Source of the DNA: Octopus sinensis
Taxonomy: Eukaryota
Direction of reading: 5' to 3'
Assembly: GCF_006345805.1 (NCBI RefSeq)
Contig: NC_042998.1
Coordinates: forward strand, 59,086,001-59,150,000
Length of the DNA stretch: 64,000 nucleotides
Part shown: positions 52,463-62,800 of the stretch, one piece after another
How positions within the stretch are numbered: position 1 is the first letter of the stretch
Layout of the letters: the number at the start of each line of letters is the position of its first letter
Position numbers and translations under genes: made by a program
The notes under the pieces: generated by a model
Database searches by the model: none
What the model was told of the DNA's origin: nothing
Seen by the model: the letters and a program-made list of their open reading frames with translations, nothing else

Positions 52463-54124
52463 GGTTACCTAGAGTCTATTGGGTTTGTTGTATTTATGTG
52501 AAGTAGACGTGTTTTTTTTGGCTGTACAACGTTTTCCTTTTGTGATGGAGGGACGTCGAGCAGAAAGTTGTGGCGGCTTGAGGTGTTCTGTCTTGGGCGT
52601 TGAAGGCTGTCCTCCTCGGAGTTTGTGTCGTCGTCGTCAAAATTGGTGAAGTGCTTGAACAAGATGAGTAGGTTTATGGAAGGGAAGAGTTGTGCTGCGA
52701 TGGCGGGAGAGGCGTACCTGGAGGAGCTGAGCGGGTTCAAGGAGGTGCTTGAGAGGAGGGGAGCGATGTGAAGGTGTTCCTCCCAAAGAAGTGTTAAAGG
52801 AGAAAAACGAGAAAACCATAATTTACAGAACATTCTCGATAGCAGCCGGGAAGATGGAATTGATGTCGACGGCTCAAGTTGAAAGGGCGCTCCAGCCAGT
52901 CTGGAAGTAAATTACCTACCTCACCAGATGTAGAAAATTTGGAACGGTGGAAGTGCGGTTTCGAGAGGTAGCTACCGCCAGGCTGCACTCAGCGACACCG
53001 CTGAAAATTAATGAGGTAGCTTTTCTGCCCGTTTACCTTGGAAGGCGTGCTTCCATGGTTAGGGTAGAGGAAATACCCCCGGTGGTCGATGTAGCCTGGC
53101 TGGTGGCTGCCATACTGTTTGGCATGGAGGAGAAGGTGGTGGCCCTCAAAGCCACCGGAACTCCCCATTGGAATTGGCAGGGACAAACCCTGGATATGGT
53201 GGTGCAAGTCGCTGAAAAACGTTTAGAAAAGAAAGATGGTCGAGAGCATAGCAGTTGGAGACACAACGTTGAAAGTTAGAGTGGAAGGGAGGATTCCGAG
53301 ATGTTACAAATGTGGCCACAATAGAGCGGAGTGCCCTCCACTAACAGAAAATGTTAAAGAGAATGAAAAAGTGGTGGGTGCTCTACAGCCGGTGGAGGAT
53401 GTAAGAGATGTAGCACTGCAGAGTACCATCATTAAAGAAGAGGAGATAAGCACCAATTGGGAGATAGCAGGAAAGAAGGGAAAAAAGGAGGAAGACACAT
53501 GCGGTGAAGGATGGCCCCCAACCCATATCCACCCGACCATCACCCACACCCACTCTACCCCAAGCATTCTCTACAGATACCCAGCCTCCCCATGCCCTGT
53601 CTGACAAAAACAATTACAAACACACAGGAGCCACAAAATTACCCACACCTGCATTATACATTATAATGTATAATGGACATAATGAAGAACTGTGTGATGA
53701 GGTGGACTTGTGGGACGGAGCAGTGAAGTTAGATATAACGGGAGTAAAGGTCTGCTCGGAAACATTCTCTGCGTGTTGGCGGACTCGGGGTATTTGTGGA
53801 GATTACATAAGTATGTAGAAAATCTGAACTGCGAGTGGTGGGTAAAGAATATAGACAGCAGCACAATGCCGGAACACATAAGGCTTGTGGATATTCTAGA
53901 AAAGAACAATTTGACATTTTAAAGAAAAGGTGATTAAATAATTGTTACCAAAAAAGTTTAAAAAAAAAAAAGTTGTATTAACAGGTTCAATAAAGTCGCT
54001 TGGAGGTGGGGCCGAGCGACTTCATTCCATCTTTTCATTATATTAATTCATTCGATTCGTTTTTATGTCCCCACCTTGTGCTGTCCTTTCTATGTAAGGC
54101 CTTTATGGCCAATTTCATAAAATA
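52463..54124 (+). mobile_element. Tx1-related element with ORF1 only
   Basis: Frameshifted ORF1 (about 52850-53600) with Zn-knuckle IPRCYKCGHNRAECP. No APE or RT motifs seen. 3' tail resembles that of the adjacent Tx1. Flanked by target repeats. Confidence 0.72.
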
Positions 54125-54138
54125 AAGAAGCTTGCTTC

Positions 54139-57100
54139 TGGTTGAAGACTTTGGTCGTGTTTTTTTTGCGCTCTGTGAGTTGTCATTCTTTATTGTTGAA
54201 ACTGTTAATTATTGTAAACTGTTGTTGAACATTTATCGTTGAAAATTGTTTTTTTGAACTATTGCCTGTTTGCAGGCTTTGTTGGATAATTTTATTCCTC
54301 GGTATTCCGGGGAATAGTGAAACTTTCTGTAGCCATTTGGCAATTGTTTATTCGTGGATTCATTAACGGAGTGCATTTCTAAAATTTAGTCATTGTAGAC
54401 ACTGTTGAACAGTTGTTCCGATTACGAGGAATTTATTTTTTTGAAGTGTAGAAAAAAAAGGGGAAACCTACCATTTTCTTTTGAAAAAAAAAATATATTC
54501 AGCCGTTGTTGGGATTTTAATTTACATTAATTCTAAAAGAAAAATTTTTGAAATGTGTAGGGAAACCTATGTTTTTTCGTGTGTTTCTTACTAATTTATC
54601 TCAACTGAAACGTCGGTTAAGATGATTAGAGAAAAATGCTCTCTCGGAGAGTGTAATGCTTTGGAGGCTAACCAGCCTCCAAAAAGGGTTACCAAAGGCT
54701 TCGCGGCAGTCGCCGCCGTACAAATAGGCAATCTGGAGATGACTGCGGTACGATACTCGGCAAAAATACTATTGCTCCCATCCCTATCCACATCCCCCGC
54801 AAAATCAGAAAACCATAAATTACGGACAAGTAAACAAACAACCGCCAAACGGCCCCAGAAAATCCAGGGGATAAAAGGATTTGGGACCCAAAAGACAAAT
54901 ATACAAACGATGCGATTGAGCCTCACCATACTATATTATTATTTCTGAAACATAAGGACTATCCTAGACAATGTGCTTGGATAGGAGAAACATTATTTAA
55001 AGATTTGAAGGGGAGGCACCCGGAAGCCATTTTCAGGCTAAAAGACCTTCTAAGACACCTAAGGGAAGAAGGAAAAAGAGGGACCCCTTCACGAGACCTG
55101 ACGTCGGCCCCTACAACGTCAAACCAACGAGAAAGTAAGTAGAACCATTACTTTTTCTTAAACTGACAACACTTAACCTTGGTTGTTTAAATGTGCGTGC
55201 TCTGAGCTCTAAGTGGCAACAAGCATGTTTCCTCGACGACCTCACATCGCTTGATATACATATGACAGTTGCTACAGAAACCAAGCTGGATAGGTTACAA
55301 ACCTTCTCGTCTCTCCTGAATGGCTATGAGAAAATCATGTCTCCTGGCCAAACCGAAGGCCGGGGGGGGGGGGGTGTAATATTCCTTGCCCGAAAAGGCT
55401 TGGCTCTGCAGATAAGTACAGTCTGTGGATACTGAAGGTGGGCTGGTCGTCCTTGATGTGACATACAGCAACAAGGCCTTCAGGTTGATCGGTATTTACG
55501 CGCCTTGCGCAAGAAGGCTGCAAACGGATTTCTATCGGAGCCTAGAGAACTTTCTCGTGACATCCAAAACATTAGTTGTTTTAGAAGACTACAATGCTAT
55601 CTTGGATGCACGCCTAGATAGCTGTGGCTCGACTGGTAGGAGTGTTAAATCACGCCTTATCGATCTGCTTAAGCGTTTTCAGCTGGCAAGCCGATACAGA
55701 CTTGAGCACCCGAACGTCCTAGTGTGGACCTTGATGAATGGCGACGGAAAGCTCGAGTCTTACTTAGGATAGTTATCAGGATTAGAGATACGTCTAGCTT
55801 CAGGTGTCCACAGTTTGTTCAAGTTACCTACACTGACCATAAAATGGCTAAGTGCAGGATGAACATAGCTAGTGTGCATAGACAGGGATCCTGTAACCAC
55901 TTTCGTATGTATTGTCTCTTGAGCCATTGCAACGGAATTTGGAGGCGTTAGGGGGCGTGCCGAATGATCTGTGGTGTAGAAGGGAAGCCACAACGTATGC
56001 GGATGACATCTCCATCATCGTGTCCGAAGAAGGGCAACTTCTTCATGTGGAAAACGCCATCAAGTGATTCAAGGTGGTGGCAGGAGCAAATGTTAACCAG
56101 GAAAATTTGGTCAGCTTGCAACTCAGCACCTGGAGGAGCAAGTCGATGTCGTCCAATAGCGTCGTGGGGCGTAGGACGGAAAGTTCGGTTAAGTAGCTAG
56201 GGGTCTGGTTCGGCCCAGACTTCCAGATAGAGAAGAACTGGGGCGAGGTAACGAGCAGGGTGACTTCCTTAACCCAAACCTGGTCTGGGCGGGCGTTATC
56301 TTTGCTAGGAAGAATGGAAGTGGGGCAGATGTATATAGCATCTGACCGTTGTGCCTTGTCCTGATTTGTAGAAGAGCAAGTTGGAAAGAATCAGTTTCTG
56401 CTTTTTGTGGAGGAAAGCCACTTGTGAAGCACTCTGTCCGCTGCCAAAAATCGCTGAAGCGTGGGCTAGGGATGCCTTGGTTGAGGATGCGAAAATTCGT
56501 GTTAAGGTTGAGGTACCTCTGGCTTTACCTGGATGGGAAGCAGGTGAGGTCACCGCATGTAGGGTTCTACCTTCCACATTTGATGTCCTTAACGGACATA
56601 GGTCCACGGATCAAACGAAGGCCTAAGCTGGGGGATTGGCAATTGTCTCGGATGGGCAATGCCGGCAACAGGAGTTCCACAGCGGATTTTTATAGCGGGT
56701 TAGTTAAATTTATGTCAGACGATATCCTAGGGGAAACCCTGGACTTCGATGGAAATCAGTTGATCAACCTGTTCAGAAGAACTTTCGGGCCGGGATATCT
56801 GGATAATTACCAAAAATCCCTGGCTTGGCAGGATTTCTATAGCGGGTTAGTGAAATTTATGTCAGACGATGTCCTGGGGGAGACCCTGGGCTTCGATGGA
56901 AATCAGTTGATCAACCTGTTCAGAACTTTCGGGCCGGGGTATCTGAATAATTACCAGAAATCACTGGCTTGGCAGTGCTACTATTCGGCTGCGCCTGTTC
57001 GGGACAATCTGTGAAGCCACTGTAGTGCCGTCTCGCCGACATGCCCGATGTGCGGGTGGAATAGAGAAACTGTTTTGTATGCCTTCGTGGGGTGTTCGGA

Positions 57101-57613
57101 ATTATCGGACTGATAGCTTTTAACGAGCAACTGTTTTCAACGATGGGGAGAGTACAGCTATCGGCTGAGTCTATTATCAAGATTGTGCCGCCACCCTCCC
57201 TTAACTAGGAGAGGAAGGTTTGTTTTTTTTTCTGCGTAGTAGCCATACTGAAAGAAACGTGTAAGAGGCATAGTGTTCGAAACGTGTAAGAGGCATAGTG
57301 ACGGGTACCTTCGTCTCCGGGCAGGGTTTGGTTAACTTCATTATTTACCACCTCGATAGCAAGACCAAGCTGGAGAAGAGATACTTGTTCGCAGATGGAA
57401 CTATGTAGTAAACAAGCTGCGCGTGACTGGAACCAGTTAAGTGGGGCCAGAAAGAATAGTAAAGGCTCGAACCTGGCGGTTGAATGCCTTTCCTTCAGTC
57501 ACACATTGCAAAATTTGCAATGATCATCAAGTTTATATAGAAAATTTTAAAAGGGGTAAAATATATATTTTTTGTCTGTCTATGTACAGCTTCCATAGCC
57601 AATTTACGAAATG
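54139..57613 (+). mobile_element. Tx1/L1-clade LINE with 5' region, APE domain, deleted RT centre and C-terminus
   Basis: GCLNVRAL..ATETKL, IGIYAP, LEDYNAILD and TDHKM, then RQG..YADDISII..LGVWFGP, then a C-terminus homologous to 1009-1770. Confidence 0.88.
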
Positions 57614-57690
57614 AAGAAGCTTGCTTCCCAACTACATGGTTCTGGGTTCAGTCCCACTGCGTGGCACATTGGGCAAGCGTCTTCTACTAT
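57614..57690 (+). mobile_element. Distal half of the interrupted family-A SINE head
   Basis: aagaagcttgcttcccaactacatggttctGGGTTCAGTCCCactgcgtggcacattgggcaag continues the head left at 52001. Confidence 0.85.
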
Positions 57691-57792
57691 GGTAGACCAA
57701 AGGAAATAGTGACGCAACAAAGCTCCAATTTTTTCTGTAAATAACAATCGATATCCTTACGACCTATGTAAGCTACACAGAATATATACGGG

Positions 57793-58028
57793 CAAAGATG
57801 TGTGCGGGCGGTGAACATAAAAATATTTCCATCTTTCCAGAATATGTTTGATATCGTAAATCTGCTTAGTCTTCTTCAACTAGGTTCACCGAAGGCGAAA
57901 TTTAAAATATCTGCTACATCGATCCCAGTCCGAAACCCGAATACAAGGTTATCCATTCTAGGTTGTCCATTTATACCTTCCTAGAGGTAAGACGAAAATT
58001 TTATGTTCACTGCCCGCACACATCTTTG
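57793..58028. mobile_element. MITE-like element with 30-bp TIRs
   Basis: caaagatgtgtgcgggcggtgaacataaaa (57793-57822) versus the reverse complement of 57999-58028, one mismatch; TA on the right flank only. Confidence 0.7.
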
Positions 58029-58539
58029 TATACATTCAGTGAAGCTTTACATAACATCGTACAGTTATCGACTGCTATTTCCAGTAATCTTTCGTGCCTT
58101 ACTGTGCCACTATTTTCCATTTATATATATCTTAATAATACCAAAACGCTAGATGTTCCCGAAATATCTCAGAAATAGTATATTTTATCTTTTTTGTAAA
58201 TATATTTTTATACTTACTTTATGCAGTGCCGAATGATGTTTCGTGATATTTGGACCTCTATTTATTAAGAAAAACGATTAAACACAATTTATGTTTTTTT
58301 TTTATTTCTTGACGAATAAAAAAAACATCGCCTCGGTGACGTCAACACATACACACATACACTGAATATCATGGCGTGTAATCAGCACGAACACATGTAC
58401 GCTATCTGTGAAAAAGAAACGTCGACCTTTTGACGTACACACACACTGACATATTTGTTTGTGGAGATTACTTATCTTTTCATCATTTCAAATTATATTC
58501 TATTTCATGCACTTGACATTTGTAATCTCTTTGTTCTTT

Positions 58540-59075
58540 TGATTTAATTTTCTTAATACAACATTAGATACGAAAATAGGCACTGATCAATTATGCCATG
58601 CAGAAAGAGACAGGTATCACTTGATTCACTTGAACTGTCTAGATTACCAACAAGTAAACTTAAATAGAAGAGAAAATCTCCAATAATTTCAATGTGAATC
58701 TTAGATCCAACAAGCCTTTGCAATGGAACACGGATGATTGTACAAGGAATGTACGTGAATCTAATCATAGCAAAGGTCAATGTTGGTGCTTTCAAAAACG
58801 ACATTGTCATGTTTCCTAGAATTAAACTTAATATATCAGAAGGTAAAGATATACCTATTGAATGAACACAGTTACCGATACAGTCATGTTTTGCAATTAC
58901 GATACATAAAGCACAAGAACACACCATGTAGAATATCTTAGTCTATCTTGAAAAGCCAGTACAGCATGGCTTGCTGTATGTGGCTTTAAGCTGAGGAATA
59001 AGGAATGAAAGTGTTAACATATTCTTGAAGGAAGGCAGGTCTACCAGAAATATTGTCATAAAATGTATGCTCCCT
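58540..59075 (+). mobile_element. Helitron PIF1-like helicase C-terminal remnant
   Basis: SLELSRLPTSKLK*KRKSPII..LDPTSLCNGTRMIV..FPRIKL..FAITIHKAQ..HGLLYVALS..TRNIV, with stops. Confidence 0.85.
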
Positions 59076-59349
59076 TTAAATAATTAAGTGGTAAAGCTGT
59101 CTCTATGCTATATCACAGAAAACATCATCAATATCCTATCAGACATTGTATTCATACTCATAATTTTCTACAGATATTAAATTGAATACTATTGTTTAGA
59201 TACGTCCAGAAGTTAGGTTAAATATATATTCATGCATAAGTATCATGAATTCCCATTCTACAAACTGGCAAACAATTCCGTGAACAGCTTACTGTGGAAC
59301 GCTAGGTAGTAAGTTTAGTATATATATATATGTATATATAAAAATAAAT

Positions 59350-59580
59350 GCGCCCTTTTAAAGCCTAGCCAGGTTCATGGGCCCGGTTTCCCGGTTTCAA
59401 TGGCGTATGTGTTCCCCAGTCCATCGCAGCGTTACTCAATTTTGCCAGCTGAGTGACTGGAGCAACGTGAAATGAAGTGTTTTGCTCAAGAACACAACGC
59501 GTCGCCCAGTCCAGGAATCGAGACCACAATCTTACGATCATGATGCTGACACCCTAACCCCTGATCCACGCGCCTCCACA
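59350..59580 (-). mobile_element. Family-C tRNA-derived SINE
   Basis: Minus strand gtggaggcgcgtggatcaggggttagg..GGTCTCGATTCC..; matches 9405-9650. Confidence 0.8.
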
Positions 59581-59657
<77 letters not shown>

Positions 59658-59830
59658 ATGTATGTGTGTGTGTGTGTATATGTATATGTATATATGTATA
59701 CATGTGTGTATATATGTATATATATATATACATATATGTATATATGTATATATATATATATATACATATATGTATATATGTGTATATGTATATATACATA
59801 TATGTATATATGTATACATATATGTATACC
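59580..59830. repeat. (TG)n/(TA)n compound microsatellite
   Basis: Direct observation. Confidence 0.9.
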
Positions 59831-59832
59831 TG

Positions 59833-62800
59833 TGTCAGGTCTCCGCTTGGAGCTACTGGTAACATGTAACCCAGTACAACCTGTTACATGGTCGGGTCGT
59901 TGGCGACTAAACTGGCAACCCCACCAAGATTTCTTGGTGAGGAGGGTGATTTGGACACCCAGCAGGACTAAAAACAAAACCTGTCAAAGGGCAGAGGAAC
60001 TCTCTCATGAGTCAATGGCCATCCAAAATCCGGAGTGGAGCCCCTAAGGCGGTTGGATTGCGCCATGCGTGCCACCTTCCGGCAGCTCCTGCATCTTGGT
60101 CTACCCCCAGTCGTCTTGACTTTGTCTTGCCACTGGATCCGGCGCACTAGGACGAGAGAGTGAGGCTGATCCTGCGCAAGTCACCCTCACTATAATCCAA
60201 GTCACGCGCATGTCACGACATCATGACGCCATGACACCATCCCAAAGTCCTGTGGCGATGGGGAAACGGCGAAGTAGCAGGTGAGGATACACTGGGAGCT
60301 GCAGTCGTGAACCCACACACAGGCGGCTCAGGACATGTGGTCGCCCCTCACTGAACTGAGGCAGCAGTGGAGTCCGGCAGCCTCCTGAGTGACCGAGCAG
60401 CCCTCTTCAGGATCGCTCTGCTCGCCTCCCCAGCATGAGGACGGGGCTAGAAAAGGTTGCCCTAAACATAGCCTGCCTCACCTCACCCTGGTCAGCAAAC
60501 CGCGGCTGGCGGGGATCCTTTCCAAGCGGTCGAAACAAAGAAAGAAGAAAACAAACAAAGGTGCTCACTTTCGCAACTTGGAACGTGAGAACTCTGCTTG
60601 ACAACACCAAAGCGGACAGACCAGAGAGACGAACTGCCCTGGTGGCCAGAGAACTGAGCCGATACAGTGTCGATATTGCAGCACTGAGCGAGACCCGCCT
60701 TGCGGACAAAGGCCAGCTGACAGAGACAGGCGGCGGCTACACTTTCTTTTGGAGTGGTCGCAGCAGCGAAGAGCGTCGTGAGGCTGGTGTTGGTTTTGCC
60801 ATTAAGTCAGTACACGTGCGGAAACTGGAAAGCCCCCCCGAGGGTATCAACGATCGGCTGATGAAGATGCAGCTCCCACTTGGAAACAAGACTAGTGCGA
60901 CCATCATCAGTGCTTACGCCCCCACCATGACCAACCCTGAAGAAGTTAAGGACAGGTTCTATGAGGAACTCGACTCCCTCATCACGTCAGCCCAGCCTGG
61001 GAAGCTCATCCTCCTTGGGGATTTTAACGCCCGTGTCGGGACTGACCACCAAGCCTGGCATCGCGTACTGGGAAAGCAAGGAATCGGAAAGTGCAACAGC
61101 AACGGACAGCTCCTCCTGCGTGCGTGTGCCTCTCATGATCTTACCATCGCCAACACCTTGTTCCGTCTGCCAACACGCAACAAGACATCATGGATGCATC
61201 CACGCTCCAAACACTGGCATCTGATAGATTACGTCATCGTCAGGGCGAAAGACAGGCGGGACGTGAGACTGGTCAAAGCCATGTGCGGAGCTGACTGCTG
61301 GACGGACCATCGCCTCATCATCTCCAGGATGGATTTCTACATCCGACCTAAGAGAAGACCACAGGGTCAGAAAGTGACGAGGAAGCTTAACATCACGAAA
61401 TTAGGGAACCAGCTGACTGCACAAGATCTCCAGTCACGTATGGACAGTAAGCTGTTGGACATTCGGAGTGACCAGTCCAGCATCGATGAGCAGTGGGAAT
61501 CATTCAGGGACACGGTTCATTCCATCGCCCTTGAAACTCTGGGCCAAATTACGAGGAACCACCAGGACTGGTTCGACGAAAACGACCAGGAAATCCAAAA
61601 GCTCCTGGAAGAGAAACGCCGTCTGCTGCGGGCTCACCAAAATGACACCACCTGCACGGCAAAGAAGGCCGCTTTCAACAACATTCGCAGCACAGTCCAG
61701 GCTAAACTCCGCCTCATGCAAGATGCATGGTTAAGCGCCAAGGCGGATGAGATTCAGGGATACGCAGACAAACACGACACCAAGAAATTCTACGAGGCGC
61801 TGAAAGCTGTCTATGGACCGCAGTTCTCCTTTGGATCAACCCCCCTGCTCAGCTCAGATGGAACCTCACTCCTGACTAACAAGAGGCTGATCCTGGAGAG
61901 ATGGGCGGAGCACTTCAACATCGTGCTCAACCGACCAGCCCAGATCAACGAGGAAGCCATCGCACGACTCCCCCAGGTGCCGACAAACCACGAGTTGGCT
62001 GTTCCCCCTGCAGTCGGGGAAGTGAGCAGAGCCATCAAAAAAATGTCCACCGGCAAAGCTCCAGGCTCTGACGCCATCCCTGCAGAGGTGTTCAAGTCGG
62101 GAGGCCCCACCATGATCAGTCAGCTCACCAGCCTGTTCCAGTCGATGTGGGACAGGGAACAACTCCCTCAAGATTTCCGGGATGCAACAATCGTCCACAT
62201 TTATAAGCGGAAAGGAGATCGGCAGTCCTGCGACAACCACCGAGGTATTTCCCTCTTGTCCATAGCAGGCAAGATCCTGGCCCGGGTCCTGCTTGACCGC
62301 CTTCTGGAACACTTGGAGCAAGGCCTTCTCCCTGAGAGCCAGTGTGGCTTCCGTGCGGGTCGAGGGACCACTGACATGATATTCGCCGCCCGCCAGCTCC
62401 AGGAGAAATGCATGGAGCAGCACCTTGACCTCTGCATGACCTTTGTTGACCTCACCAAGGCCTTTGATACAGTCAGTCGGGAGGGACTATGGAAGGTCAT
62501 GGGAAAATTTGGTTGCCCCAGCAAATTTATTGCAATTGTCCGCCAGTTCCACGACGGAATGACAGCCAGAATCCTTGAGGACGGCGACTCATCTGAAGCC
62601 TTCCAGGTGACCAACGGAGTCAGGCAGGGCTGTGTCCTGGCCCCAACACTGTTCAGCATCATGTTCTCGGCAATGATGTCCGACGCCTTTAGGGACTGCA
62701 AGTCCGGTATCAACATCAAGTACAGGACAGACGGGAAACTTTTCAACTCCAGGAGATTGCAGGCTGTCACAAAGGTGAGGGAGACAGTCGTCAGAGACTT

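Noticed and set aside
55362-55374. Poly-G run as a G-quadruplex or regulatory site
   Set aside because: It is a slipped homopolymer inside the Gly-rich motif of the dead Tx1 endonuclease.
58553-58927. 124-aa minus-strand ORF
   Set aside because: It is the antisense of the Helitron helicase relic on the plus strand.
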